64,000 nt of DNA from Eledone cirrhosa (lineage: Eukaryota): contig OZ024740.1 in NCBI GenBank assembly GCA_964016885.1, positions 133,982,001 through 134,046,000 of the forward strand, in the 5' to 3' direction. The notes beneath the pieces are model-generated. The model worked only from the letters and a program-made list of their open reading frames with translations, was not told where the DNA came from and did not search any database. Shown piece after piece: positions 39,586 to 52,100 of this stretch; within the stretch, counting starts at the first letter, position 1, and every line of letters starts with the position of its first letter. Made by a program: the position numbers and the translations under genes.

Positions 39586-39775
39586 CAACGAAAGAACTTT
39601 GATAGACTATATATATATATTTATATCTGTATTTTTAACCGTTGGTCACTCAATGATAAACGTTGATTGCCAAATAAATTAACTATGGAGATATAAAAGA
39701 TACAGAAGCGAAAACCAACCAAAAAGTGAGTGTGCTCTGACAATATTATTACAACAATATGACCCTCCCCAATAT

Positions 39776-39782
<7 letters not shown>
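39583..39782 (+). mobile_element. PLE pLTR fragment (4350 family)
   Basis: gtgcaacgaaagaactttgatagact...gaccctccccaatataacaa(TA)n. Confidence 0.75.
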
Positions 39783-39811
<29 letters not shown>

Positions 39812-40289
39812 GTGTGTGTGTGTGTGTGTCGGGTTCAATAGGGGGAAACCACAGTAAGTAAGGTACTCAATACATAGCAGAGTATATATTAATATCTGAG
39901 CTCTAATATGACGTTATACACTTGTGTGTATATGAGTTGATGAAGCTCATTTGTATACGGAGCGGTAGCCGGCCCGGCTTAAATTAAACATTTCATGAGC
40001 ACTAAGACATAGCCTTATACACATTGTATATCGAATAATGTACAGAATGTTCATGAAAAACGTTTGAAAGCCTGCGCTATGAATGTTTCGGTTGTGACTA
40101 CCGTCACACATCCTTGGTCTCAGGAAAACTCAAGGGGAAGCAATCGACACCGTTGTTTCTCTATTGTTGCCAGTTGTCAAGGCTACATATCTGCCCAGTC
40201 TGCGCTGAGACATAATTAAGCGAGAATGTTATAGATCCCAGGCTTCGGTATATGGGTTAATGAATCTCATTTGCATGTCACCACATCAC

Positions 40290-42188
40290 CAACACCACCA
40301 CCTTCCAGGGTCCCAACGGTCACTCTCTCTCTGTCCGGCATGCCTTCCGCTGCACCTCCTCCAACCTAGTCTATGGACTTCGCTGCACGGAGTGCAGCGC
40401 AACCTACGTCAGACAGACTGGACGTCGCCTGGCGGACCGGTTTACCGAACACCTCCGGGATATTCGTCTCGGCGGTAGTTCCCCCATCACCCGCCACTTT
40501 GGCGCCCCTGGACATTCCGCGCACCACCTCACAGTCTGTGGCCTACTCCAATGCCACGGAACACCCGCCACCCTCCTCAGGGTCGAACAACGCACCATCT
40601 TGACCCTACAGACCCACACATCCTCCAGCCTGAACTCCCCACCCCTATTCCTTTAGCCTTCGACTGCCATGCCCCCCCCCCCCAAACACACACACACATA
40701 TATCCCCCACTAACACACCCCTCCTTTTCACCGCCCACCCCACACCCGACCACCCTTCCCCAACTAACAATACTAACATCCCTCCTTTCTTCTCCCCCTC
40801 CCCTTATCACGCACACACTCACCGGTACATATATACACGCACTCACACTAACCACACACGTTACTTCCACCACTAACCCTCACACCCACACATCCACTCC
40901 CACCACCCCACAACTAATGCCACTAAGACACCCTCCCCCGACCCCACGCACACGAACACACACACCCACTTACACCACCCACTCTACACACCCTACCACC
41001 ACTAACCCCCACTAACACCCGCATTCAACCTTTTCCCCATCACCAGTATACTAACACCCACTAACACCCACTTCACCACACACACACTCATCCAATCACG
41101 CACACACACACCAGTACACTACACTCCCTCCACCGGCCCCACACCTTTCTCTCCCCCTCCCTCTCCCCGCTCCACCCACACCCCTTCTCACACACACACA
41201 CACATCCCACTAACACCTCTACTAATACACCCCCCTCCTCACTCTACCTTTCACACCTACCCATCCACTCCCCTGTCCACCGCACCTCCGCACACATTGA
41301 TACACCGACTTTCTCCACCTGCCATTCTCCCCGACTGCTGCTATGCCCTGTCTCTCTGACCACCTCTCTGCACACACAGACACACAACCCTCCTCCTGCC
41401 TTGACCCTCTGACCACTTCCCGTTGCGCGCGCACCCCACATCTCCCCTCTTCCGACCAACCCAACCACGGATTACACACATTGGACATCGCTCCCACGAA
41501 TCAACTCCATTACAAGGAAATTACCCAGCATCCCACCACATCCTCTACGGAACTACCTTAGGAACTCACCCACGGACATACACTAAAAAAAAATGTTTTA
41601 CCACACGCCACCTACATCCACAATACGTATAAACACCACACACACGTGCGTACCACCACATATTTACACACTCAGCCTCCGGAATCCTCTCATCCCCTCC
41701 CCCTCCCCTCTGACCCCTCCCCATCCACACACGCACCCACACACACCTTTTCCTGAACATGCAACCCCTTTCTTCCCCCAACTCTCACATTCACATACAC
41801 ACACACACACACACACACGTACACCTACACACACACACCACCTTCAGCCCTCCCCGCTCGGACACCCCGCCTCCCTCTCCCCACTCCACCCGCCACCATC
41901 CCTACACGCCCCACACCCTTCCACCACTTGTTTTACTTCATGTTTATTTTTATTTTTATTATGCTTTTATATTTATTTTCATTTGTACCGTTTCCTCTCA
42001 CCCCCTTTCTTCTAAATGTCTCTCCCCCACTCCCTTACACACCCTTGGAACTCTCCTTCCAAACACTTTTCGCCTGAAGAAGGGCTTATGCCCGAAACGT
42101 CGTCCCACACCACCACCCCACTCTCAAGAGCGTGAAACTAATAAACATTTGTTCGTACTGCCTCTCTGTTTTGTTCCCGTTCAATTTT

Positions 42189-42195
<7 letters not shown>
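40290..42195 (+). mobile_element. PLE 3' remnant: GIY-YIG fragment, ~1.3-kb C/A-rich low-complexity tract, terminal hammerhead
   Basis: YVRQTGRRLADRFTEHLRDIR...PITRHF...GHS; CTGAAGA-aGGGC-ttat-GCCC-GAAA-cGTC at 42074-42101; AATAAA at 42140. Confidence 0.75.
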
Positions 42196-42224
<29 letters not shown>

Positions 42225-42357
42225 TATATATGCAAATATATATGCAAATTTATATATATGTATGTCCTATGTTTTTGGTATAGTTCCGTCTGAAGCTTCT
42301 GTTTACGAATACATTTTGACAAAAGGGAAACTGTGTCTGTGTGCCTCTCACTCTCAG

Positions 42358-42429
<72 letters not shown>

Positions 42430-42807
42430 GAATATATAAACGTACATGTGCATTTATATATTCCCGTATGTACGTATATTTATGTAACAATATATCTAAA
42501 ATTAGTGTATTTCTGCGTATTAAAGACTGACTGTTTAACTATAACTGTATCTTAAAATTGACCGGGTTTATATGATTTGTCAATTAAAACATTTTATATG
42601 AAGATGCTTCAATCCTCGGTTTTCCTTGACTTTAGTAAAGACAGTTGTCGTATTTCATTTTACATCCATTTAAATCAACAGCTATGAATTTCTTCCATAT
42701 ATACTTTAATCATTATCAAACATATATGAACTAAATTACAAGTATTTAAATCTACCTCTCTATATATATTGGAACTACTGTTGGGATCTGTGCGAAGTTG
42801 TTGTTGC

Positions 42808-42869
42808 TCTTCTTCTTCTTCTTCTTCTTCTTCTTCTTCTTCTTCTTCTTCTTCTTCTTCTTCTTCTTC
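42808..42869. repeat. (TTC)n microsatellite
   Basis: Seen directly. Confidence 0.95.
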
Positions 42870-42930
42870 CTGAGAGGGTCACGGTGGCATATACATAGAT
42901 AGATATCTTTCTTTATTTGCCAGATAGATA

Positions 42931-45900
42931 TATTTCTTTATTTGCCACAAGGGTGCACAAGAAAACGGGACAACACAAAGACACATGCCGGGCATTTTAC
43001 ATACAGTCGTGTAAAAATATTGAAACAAACAATTATAACATTCGAAATCCCCAATAGGGGGGAGGCGCCACAAATGGGTTGTTTAATACCTCGTTGATAG
43101 AACAACCCTCAACTTCAGGAGATCAGGAGAGTGCTGTGCAAGTGCTCCCTTCTTCCCTTTGTCTCTTCTTTAATCTACAGACTTATAAACAGAGAAGGCC
43201 CAATCACTCGGGCCATTTTCACTTCATTCATCCACCTTTCAGTAAATTTACTGGGGTGCAGTGCCTCTCTCTCCACTCTGATTCTCTTTCTAAAGAGCGA
43301 ATTTATTGTTGTCCGGAGAGAGAGGCATCTGTCCTCAGTCCTCTCAATCTCGTCCACCATATAACCTTTTTCACCATAGCCACTGTACAGAGGAAAACCG
43401 CCTCTCTTTCGTTTTTGAAAGAGGCTGGCGGTTTGATCCTTACTATGGACTCGGCAGTCAACTGGATTTGTCCCATACACAACAGCAGTTGTTCTGCATA
43501 GTTCCAGAGGTCACACGCTCGGGCAGTGTACAATTGCGTGCAAGACGGTTTCAATGTCCTGCTCGCATCTTGGACATGTCCTCTTGGAAGAATCCCTGCC
43601 GGGGCGTCCGTGCCTTATCGCGATCTTATCGCGAACGGCTAAAGCTCCTCGGTAGCACTGCCAGGCCAGGGACCTCTGGAAGTTATCCATAGGTCCCGGG
43701 CGGAAAGACCTGCCGAACAGACTAGCGAGCTCGTCGTCTTCGACGTTTAGAGTCTCCCCGAGAACGTCGTCGCGCTTATAAATTACTAACCCTCTATAGA
43801 ATGTCGAAGTTGAGTCTCCACTGATTGCTGTGCCCGCTTGACAGAAACTGTGAGCGCCTGGGCGCATTCAATGTGCCAGGCGCCCATATTATTCGGTCTT
43901 CGCTTGACCCAGGACTGCAGCTCCGTCAGCGAGACAAGTTGTGGGAAGGCCTGTCTCACAAACGGTGCCCACACCGGTTGGTCGGTGAGGAATACCTGGA
44001 GATATGGTTGCGCATGGTTGCGTATCATTAGCCACGGCATGCCCAGCCCTCCGTTGGAAGGATGTTGAGAGCAGACGGATCTCCCCACCAGTGAAGCCTT
44101 CTTCATCCTCAGGAACTGGAAGAGCATGCGTTCCATCTTGGTGAGGTATTCACGGGGACAAGGCACGACAGTCAAGCGGTAGTAGATGACGGACGCTATG
44201 AAAGTGTTCGCCACCTCCGCTCGACCTTTCAAAGACAGTTTGCACTCTGCCCACTTCTGGGTGAGCGCAAATACCTTGGCCATGACCTCGTTCCAGTTTT
44301 TCTCCACCTGGAGGTCTGGATCGACCCAGACCCCGAGCAATTTCACCGGTCCTTCCGTCCAGCGTCCGACTACGCTGTCGGACGCCATCGGTTTGCCTCT
44401 CCACGTTCCGAGTTGCAAACCGACAGACTTGTCCGGGTTCAGTTTTGCTCATGTGAAACTTTCGTATTCCTGTAGTAGGTTGCCAATTACCTTGATTTCC
44501 GAGGTTTTCGATAATATTACCGTCACGTCATCGGCATACGCCGACGTCGCTTTTCGCAGTCCGGTTCTAAAGGGATGCCCTGCAAAAGCTCCAACTTCCG
44601 CAGTAGTGGTTCTCGAGTCAATACGTACAGAATGGTTGAGAGAGGGCATCCCTGTCGAATGGAACGCGTGATTGTGAACGGCTCCGATAGGTAGCCGTTA
44701 ACCTTGACCTTCGAGGAGATGCTGGTGTGCATCGCCTTGATCCAGCCTCTGAAAACGGGACCGAAACCAGCCGCCTTGAGAACCCCTTCCAAGTAACGAT
44801 GGTCGACCCAATCGAATGCCTTAGACTGATCTAAATTGATCAGAGCCCCACCGAAGCCGGGTTTACACCCCACCCTCTCTATGATGTATCGCATGAGGTG
44901 GAGGTTGTCGTGTATGGATCTGGTCGGGATTGCACACGTTTGCACTTTCCCTACCAGGTTTTCGACGACAAGCGCCAGCCTCATTGCTAGCACCTTGACC
45001 AAAATCTTTAACTCTGTGTTGAGCAGAGTTATGGGCCTGAAATTGTTTATTTCGTCCCCCTTGTTCTCGTCTTTCCTGATCAGCGTTACTATGCCCTTGC
45101 CTGCAGAACTGGGAATTGTCCCGTTCTGCTGCCAATTGCAGTAGACGGCTTTGAGGACGCCAGAGAACAAGTCCGGCATGCCTATGTAAAACTCATAGGG
45201 TATACCATCTAGATCGGGTGATTTGCGTTTCCCGCAGCAGCCCAGAGCATCCCGTATCTCAGTGGCTGTGATCGGTCTTTCGCAGAACTCGGCGTCCATA
45301 CTCGAGAGACGTGGCAGGCCGTCGAGGTATGAACCAAAGTCCATTGCCCCGTTCGGTGCACAGTCGTTCTGCTCAAACAGTCGCGCAAAGTGCCGCTGAA
45401 AGGCCGCGCACATCTGCCTGGGGTCAAGTAGCACGCGTCCGTTTTGGTCTTTCAAAGACCGAATCGTGGACTTGTTGCCACTTTTTGCTTCCGCCACTCG
45501 GGCCCAGCTAACAGCTTTTGCTCCCTCGTTTCCAAGAGCACCTGATTTACTTCTTCGCAGCCTTCCACGCAGCCTTCGTGTTTCGCGTCGAAGAACTGGT
45601 CCAGTGCCGTTCTCGATGCTAGCACTCTAGCTGCGTTGTCACTCCTAAGCGCCTCCTCTACCTTGGCTACTAGTTCTGTTTCTGATTTGTTTTTCTCTAA
45701 AGCTAATTCTCTGCTAAACCCTACCAATTCTACTCTGATTGCTCTCATGAGAGAGTACCACTATCTATTGTTGACGATGGCTCCCGTCAACTCTTGCTTA
45801 ACTAATCTACTTATCCGTTCACTGTAGGCTTTTCGTGCCAGCAACGACACGTTCAGCTTCCAGTATCCAGGCCCTTGTCTATGTATTCTATCACAGTTCA

Positions 45901-48370
45901 CTATGCAGACGACTAGTTTGTGATCTGAATAGGCAACCATGTGCATTTGTGGACAGCTTAACATTCTTTTGTCCTTTTCTCTAATGAAAAACCTATCTAG
46001 ATACGATCTAGAAGTCCCGCTGCGGTTTGCCCACGTCCACTGTGGTGCAGTCGGGAAATCTAGTCGATATCTATCGGCCAGTTGGAAGTGGCCGTTTAGA
46101 TTTTTGAGGCTATTGCACCCCGCTCTACTGGGACATGCTCCGACATAGTCCCATCGTGCATCTAGGATACCATTCCAGTCCCTCACTAAAAGCAAGGAGC
46201 GAGACGTTTCCAGAAAAAGACTATAGACGCTTAAAGAAGTCTGGCTGCGATTGTGATTGCCCGGTCGAGGCATAAACGACCACCAGTCTGAAGGCTCCAC
46301 CTCCAATATAGTTCACGTCTAGGACTACCACTCCACCCTCCGGGTCCAAGTGTACTTGCTGTACTTCGAGATTCAGGTTTTTCCGAAACAGGACAGTCAC
46401 TCCCCCTCCACCTCCCGGCTGACAGAGATGCGTAGATCTCAAAGTCTTTGAAGATGGGGGTTAGTTGGTGCCTGTTGTGGATCCTGGACTCGGTGATGGC
46501 TATTACATATATACCGTGTGATCTAAGGTCGTTTAAAAGTTGGCTGTTTCCAGGGCATCCCTAGGCCACGCACATTCACGCTTCCAACTCGTAAGTCAGC
46601 CATGTTGGTGGAGAAGAGTTGGCGAAAAGGGCGAAAAGGTGCACTACCCCTTTTCGTTTCCTGGAGATCGGGTTGTTCAATCTCCATTTCAGTTCTGGTG
46701 GGGGTGTTGAGTGTGGTGGGGAAACATTTCAATAGGACACGGTTTATTGGCTTTTGGCAGGGGCTGCCAACGTCCTGTGAAAACCGTTCTTTCAATTTCT
46801 GATAGGTTTCTATCGAAACCCTTATTAGTTTTAGGTGTGGTTGAGAGTCTGCTTTTTACAAAAGTTTTCCGCTCAGTTTCTACTTTGGGGTCTTGGGAGA
46901 TGACCTCCATTAGGTTTTTGTTGTTTGTGTTAATGTATGTGTATTGTTTTTTTGTTTTTTGGTTTTGGTTTGTTGTTCATTTTGTAGTTTTCTTTTTATG
47001 GTGGGCATTTGTGTTTGGGGTGGTGTTGGTGTTTGTTTTGTTGATAGGGATTGATTGTGGTGGTGTTTGTGTTGTTGTTTGTGTTGGTGGTTGTCTGTTC
47101 GTGTTGGTGATTGTTGTTTTTTGGCTTTGAGGTGTCTCTTTTTTTTTTATTTACGAGGCTCTCCCTCATCTTCACTTGGGGATGGAGAAGTAGCCTCGTC
47201 TGGTGATGGATCGTCATCAGGGGCTTGTGGGAGGGGTCTGTTGTGTGGTGATGGTGTGTTTGTGTGTGTGATTGTGGTAGTGTTGGATGGAGTGGGATGT
47301 GGTGGGACTGTGTTTTTCAGGGGAATTGTTTGTGTTTTTTCTGTTGTTTGTGGTTGAACAGTTGTTTGTTTTTGTGTGTTTGCTTGTTTTGTGTTGTTGT
47401 TGTTTGTGTTTTTTCTGTTATTTGTGTTTGAACAGTTGTTTGTTTTTGTGTGTTTGCTTGTTTTGTGTGTTGTTGTTGTTGTGGTTTTGGAGTTGGTGTT
47501 GGTAAAAGTACTTGGGGGGGGGGGTCGTAAGAGGGGACAGGAGGCCTTTAAATGCGATGTGCTTGCGCATTTAAAACAATGTGGCCTCCCTTCTGCCGAA
47601 ATCTGTATATAGTTTGTATTGTCTACCGGCATCCTTTCTGGTATCTTGGAAATTATGTCCGGTTTCATTTGGACCAACATTTCCAAGCTTGTGCCGTTCC
47701 CGGTGTTTCTTGTGGATTTTTGAATCGATAGTACTGTGTCTGCATCCCCCTCCAAGAACCCTGCCAGAATCCACCAGATGTTAATGTTGGGTGGTATATT
47801 GGTGATGTTTATTCTTTGTGTTCTTTTTCCCATATATGTAGGGAAAAAAGTGTGTGGTAGAGGTGACCGGGGTCACTGAGTATTTTTTCGGAAGGGCCTC
47901 ACTTTTGAAGAGCACCGAAATGCTTCCATATAGTTTAGCCCTTTGTGTGTATTGTATTTTCGGCATTGCCTCTTTCAAGACGATTTCAATTTCGCCTTGA
48001 GTAAGGAAAGCCGTTTTTTTTTTTTTGTTCAAAATCGTGCGAAAAATCACAGTCCTTCGTGTTTCCATAATTTTGTTTTCATGTGATTTTTCTCGATCAC
48101 TATCTGTTGCCATAGTGACATTCATTTCAACGGTCCCATTTCCACTTATGGCGGGAAGCGCTTCAATTTTATCATTCATAGTTATAAAAACAATTTATTA
48201 TAAATTTTCGCCCATGGGGGGCGACAATTTCAATGGCCCACTCACTGACAATTTAGTCTGAGGGTCAATCTATACAGTAGTATATTTTTTTTAAACAAAA
48301 ATTTTGTTTTTTTATAAGTAAAAAGACAAAAAATTACCAGCGCGACAGGTGCACAACTTCTTCTATCTCA
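42931..48370 (-). mobile_element. Tx1-clade retrotransposon copy A, full length, frameshifted
   Basis: ORF1 remnant 46650-48179 and ORF2 remnant 43175-46603; GATA at 42923-42930 and 48371-48390. Confidence 0.9.
43175..46603 (-). pseudogene. Tx1 ORF2 (APE-RT-CCHC) pseudogene, copy A
   Basis: MADLRVGSVNVRGL, SDH, NFRPITLLN, LDQSKAFD, RQGCPLS, YADD, CPRC..H..C, split across frames. Confidence 0.9.
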
Positions 48371-48629
48371 GATAGATAGATAGATAGATATATTTCTTTA
48401 TTAGCCACAGGGGCACAAAAGAAGGGGACAAATACAAAGGGGGAAGTTTACATACAATAAAAACGTGTAAAATGTTATCACAGATGGAATTTAAAAGTTA
48501 GTCGATTTTCCCCAATAGAGGGAGACAGTTTATATGGGTAACACAGACCCCCGAAAAAAATGTGCAACCCTCATCTCCAGGAGTACGAAGAGCTTGTACT
48601 CCTTTCCTCTCCTCCTCCTTTTCCTCAAC

Positions 48630-51600
48630 CTACAGGCTGATATAGAGAGAAGGCCCATTCACTCGGGCCATTCTCGCCACTTTCACCCACCTTTCATAAA
48701 ACTTGCTGGGGTACAGCACCTCTCTCTCCATCCTGATTCTTCTTCCAAAGTGGTATTTGAAAAAAAGAATCAGTTGTTGGCCGGAGAGAAAGGTGTCTGA
48801 CCTCAGCCCTTTCAACCTTGTCCACCATACAACCTCTTTCGCCATAGCTATCACACAAAGGAAAACCGCCTCTCCTTCGTTTTTGAAGGAGGGTGGCGGT
48901 TTGATCATGACAATGGACTCGGTGGTCAACTGGATTGGTCCCACCCGCGACAATAGTCGTTCTACATAGCCCCACAGGTCAGTGACGCCCGGGCAGTGTA
49001 TGAATGCGTGCGCGACGGTTTCTTCGTCTCGCACGCACCTCGGACAGATCTTTTTTGCAGGGTCCCTGCCCGGGCGCCCATGTCTGTAGAGCTTGTCTCG
49101 AACTGGTAGAGCTCCTCGGTAGCACTGCCAGGCCAGGGACTTTTGGAAGTTGTCCATCGGTCCCGGGCGGAAGGTCCTACCGAACAGACTGGCCAGTTCA
49201 TCTTCCTCCACGCCTAGAGTTTCACCGAGCGCGTCGTCGCACTTGCTGCGGACCAACCCTCTATAGAATGACGAAGTGGAGTCTCCACTGATCGCCGGGT
49301 CCGCCTGCCAGAGGGCTGTGAGCGCCTGAGCACATTCGATGTGCCAGTCGCCCATTTTCCTCGGTCTCTGCTTGACCCAGGACTGCAGCTCGGTCAGCGA
49401 GACGAGTCGTGGGAAGGCTCGCCTCACGAACGGGGCCCACACCGGTTGTCCGGTGAGGAATACGTAGAGATGCCGCAGCCTGAGCGCGTGTTTGCGCATC
49501 GTCAACCACGGCATCCCCAGCCCTCCGTTAGAAGGGTGTTGGCAGCAGATGGATCTTCTTACCAAAGGAGCCCGCCTCTTCCAAAGGAATCGGAAGAGGG
49601 CGCGCTCCATTTTGGCGAGCGTTTTGGCTGGACAAGGCACGACGGTCAAGCGGTAGTAGATGGCGGACGCTATAAAAGTGTTCGCCACCTCCGCTCGACC
49701 TTTCAAGGATAGTTTGCACTCGGCCCACTTCTGGGTGAGTGCAAACACCTTGGCCGTCACTTCGTTCCAGTTCTTCTCCACCTGGAGGTCCGGACCAAAC
49801 CAGACCCCGAGCAGCTTTACCGGTCCTTCCGTCCAGCGTCCGACGACGCCATCGGAAGGCATCGGTCTGCCTCTCCACGATCCGAGTTGCAAACCGATGG
49901 ACTTGTCCCGGTTCAGCTTCGCTCCTGTGAGACTTTCGTATTCCTTTAGTAAGGTGCCGACTTCCTCGATTTGCGAGGCGCTCGACACCATTACTGTCAC
50001 GTCGTCGGCGTAGGCCGACGCCGCTTTCCGCAGTCCCGGTTCCAGAGGGATGCCCTGCAATAGCTCCAGCTTCCGCAGTAGTGGCTCGAGAGTCAGTACG
50101 TACAGAAGGGAGGAGAGAGGGCATCCCTGTCGAATGGATCGCGTAATATGGAACGGCTCCGAGAGGTAACCGTTCACCTTGACCCTTGAGCAGATGTTGC
50201 TGTTGTGCATTGCAGCAATCCAGCCCCTGAACACGGGTCCGAAGCCTGCCGCCTCGAGCACCGCATCCAGGTAACGATGGTCAACCCTATCGAAAGCCTT
50301 AGACTGATCCAAGTTGATCAGGGCCCCACCGAAGCCGGGTTTACACCCTACCCTCTCTATGATGTATCGCATGAGGTGGAGGTTGTCGTGTATGGACCTG
50401 GTCGGGATCGCGCATGTCTGCGCTTCTCCCACCAGGTTCTCGACGACAAGCGCCAGCCTCTTTGCCAACACCTTGGCCAAAATCTGTAACTCTGTGTTTA
50501 GCAGAGTTATGGGCCGGAAGTTGCCTATGTCATCCCCCTTATTCTCGTCCTTCCTGATTAGTGTGACCACGCCCCCGGTTACAGAACTGGGAATTCTCCC
50601 GTTCTGTTGCCAGTTGCAGTAGACCGCTTCCAGGAGACCGGAGAATAAGTCCGGCATTGCTACGTAAAATTCGTAGGGTAGACCGTCGAGACCTGGAGAT
50701 TTGCGTTTGCCGCATTGGCTCAGCGCGTCCCCTATCTCAGTGGCTGAAATCGGCTTTTCGCAGAACTTCGCCTCGCTGTCCGAGAGTCGCGGTAGGCCGT
50801 CGAGGTATGGACCGAAATCCATAGCCTCTCCCGGCGCGCCGCTCCCCCCGAACAGCCGAGCAAAGTGCCGCTGAAAAGCCGCACACATCTGCTTCGGCTC
50901 ACGTATCACGCGTCCGTTTTGGTCCTTCAAAGACCGAATCGTGGACTTGTTGCCACTTTTTGCCTCCGTCACTCGGGCCCAGCTAACAGCTTTGGCTCCC
51001 TCGTTTCCCAGAGCACGTATTTTGCTTCTGACAACGCAGCCCTCGTGCTTTGCGTCGAAGAACTGGTCCAAGGCCGTTCTCGTTGCTAGCACGCTGGCTA
51101 CGTTGCCACTTCTAATTGCCTCTTCTACTTTATCTACCAGTTCCTTCTCGGTTCTATTTCTATCTAACGCTAATTCTTTACTAAAAACTATCGAGTCTAA
51201 TCTAACTGCCCTCTTGAGAGAGTACCACCATCTGTTGTTGACAATGGCCCCTGTCAAGTGCTGTTTAACTAAAGTGCTAATCCGTCTACTGTAGGCTTTG
51301 CTTGTCGGTAACGACAAGTTCAGCTTCCAGTAGCCGGGTCCTTGTCTATGGGTTCTATCAAGGTTGGCCATGCAGGTCACTAGTTTGTGATCTGAATAGG
51401 CAACCATGAACATTTGTGGACAGCTTAACATGTCCCTATCCTTATTTCTAACTAGAACCCTATCTAGGTACGATCTAGATGTTCCGCTACGATTACTCCA
51501 CGTCCACAGTGGCGCAGTCGGAAAATCTAGTCGATATCTATCGGCCAGGTCAAATCGGTCGATTAACTGTTTGAGGCTGTTACACCCCCCTTTATCGGGA

Positions 51601-52067
51601 CATGCTCCCACATAGTCCCAACGTGCATCTAGGATTCCATTCCAGTCCCCCACTAAAAGCAAGGAGCGGGACGTTCCCAGAAAAGTCTCTAGACGTTTGA
51701 AGAAGTCTGGCCGCGGTGTCCCGGATGGGGCATATGCGGCCACCAGCCTGAACGCTCCACCTTCACTACCGTCAACGTCTAGGACCACCAGTCGACCCTC
51801 CGGGTCCAGATGTACCGTCTGTGTTACGAGGCCCAGGTGTTTCCGCAGCAAAACGGCAACTCCGCCCCCACCCCCCGGTTGACAGAGAGATGCGTAGATC
51901 TCAAAGTCATCGAAGATGGGGGCCAGCTGTCGCTCGCCGTGGATCCTGGACTCGCAAATGGCTACCACATCCAAACTGTGCGACCTGAGGTCGTTTAAGA
52001 GTTTGCCCAGTTTCCAGGGCATCCCCAGGCCGCGTACATTCACACATCCAACTCTTATATTGGCCAT
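48630..52067 (-). CDS. ORF2: AP-like endonuclease + reverse transcriptase + C-terminal CCHC zinc finger (1145 aa)
   Basis: NVRGL, ICE, YAP, VGDWN, SYLDRV, SDH (APE); KSPGLDG, NFRPITLLN, LDQSKAFD, RQGCPLS, YADD (RT); GGLG; CPRCVRDEETVAHAFIHC. GYWKLN and VGEAQTCAIP are Tx1/L1 hallmarks. Confidence 0.95.
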   Translation of the reverse strand: MANIRVGCVNVRGLGMPWKLGKLLNDLRSHSLDVVAICESRIHGERQLAPIFDDFEIYASLCQPGGGGGVAVLLRKHLGLVTQTVHLDPEGRLVVLDVDGSEGGAFRLVAAYAPSGTPRPDFFKRLETFLGTSRSLLLVGDWNGILDARWDYVGACPDKGGCNSLKQLIDRFDLADRYRLDFPTAPLWTWSNRSGTSRSYLDRVLVRNKDRDMLSCPQMFMVAYSDHKLVTCMANLDRTHRQGPGYWKLNLSLPTSKAYSRRISTLVKQHLTGAIVNNRWWYSLKRAVRLDSIVFSKELALDRNRTEKELVDKVEEAIRSGNVASVLATRTALDQFFDAKHEGCVVRSKIRALGNEGAKAVSWARVTEAKSGNKSTIRSLKDQNGRVIREPKQMCAAFQRHFARLFGGSGAPGEAMDFGPYLDGLPRLSDSEAKFCEKPISATEIGDALSQCGKRKSPGLDGLPYEFYVAMPDLFSGLLEAVYCNWQQNGRIPSSVTGGVVTLIRKDENKGDDIGNFRPITLLNTELQILAKVLAKRLALVVENLVGEAQTCAIPTRSIHDNLHLMRYIIERVGCKPGFGGALINLDQSKAFDRVDHRYLDAVLEAAGFGPVFRGWIAAMHNSNICSRVKVNGYLSEPFHITRSIRQGCPLSSLLYVLTLEPLLRKLELLQGIPLEPGLRKAASAYADDVTVMVSSASQIEEVGTLLKEYESLTGAKLNRDKSIGLQLGSWRGRPMPSDGVVGRWTEGPVKLLGVWFGPDLQVEKNWNEVTAKVFALTQKWAECKLSLKGRAEVANTFIASAIYYRLTVVPCPAKTLAKMERALFRFLWKRRAPLVRRSICCQHPSNGGLGMPWLTMRKHALRLRHLYVFLTGQPVWAPFVRRAFPRLVSLTELQSWVKQRPRKMGDWHIECAQALTALWQADPAISGDSTSSFYRGLVRSKCDDALGETLGVEEDELASLFGRTFRPGPMDNFQKSLAWQCYRGALPVRDKLYRHGRPGRDPAKKICPRCVRDEETVAHAFIHCPGVTDLWGYVERLLSRVGPIQLTTESIVMIKPPPSFKNEGEAVFLCVIAMAKEVVWWTRLKGLRSDTFLSGQQLILFFKYHFGRRIRMEREVLYPSKFYERWVKVARMARVNGPSLYISL

Positions 52068-52100
52068 GTTGGTGCTGAAAAGTTAAAAGAGGAAAAGAGA

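Noticed and set aside
42808-42869. (TTC)n as the Tx1 target (Koshi-like)
   Set aside because: It is separated from the element end by unrelated sequence; the actual junction is in GATA.
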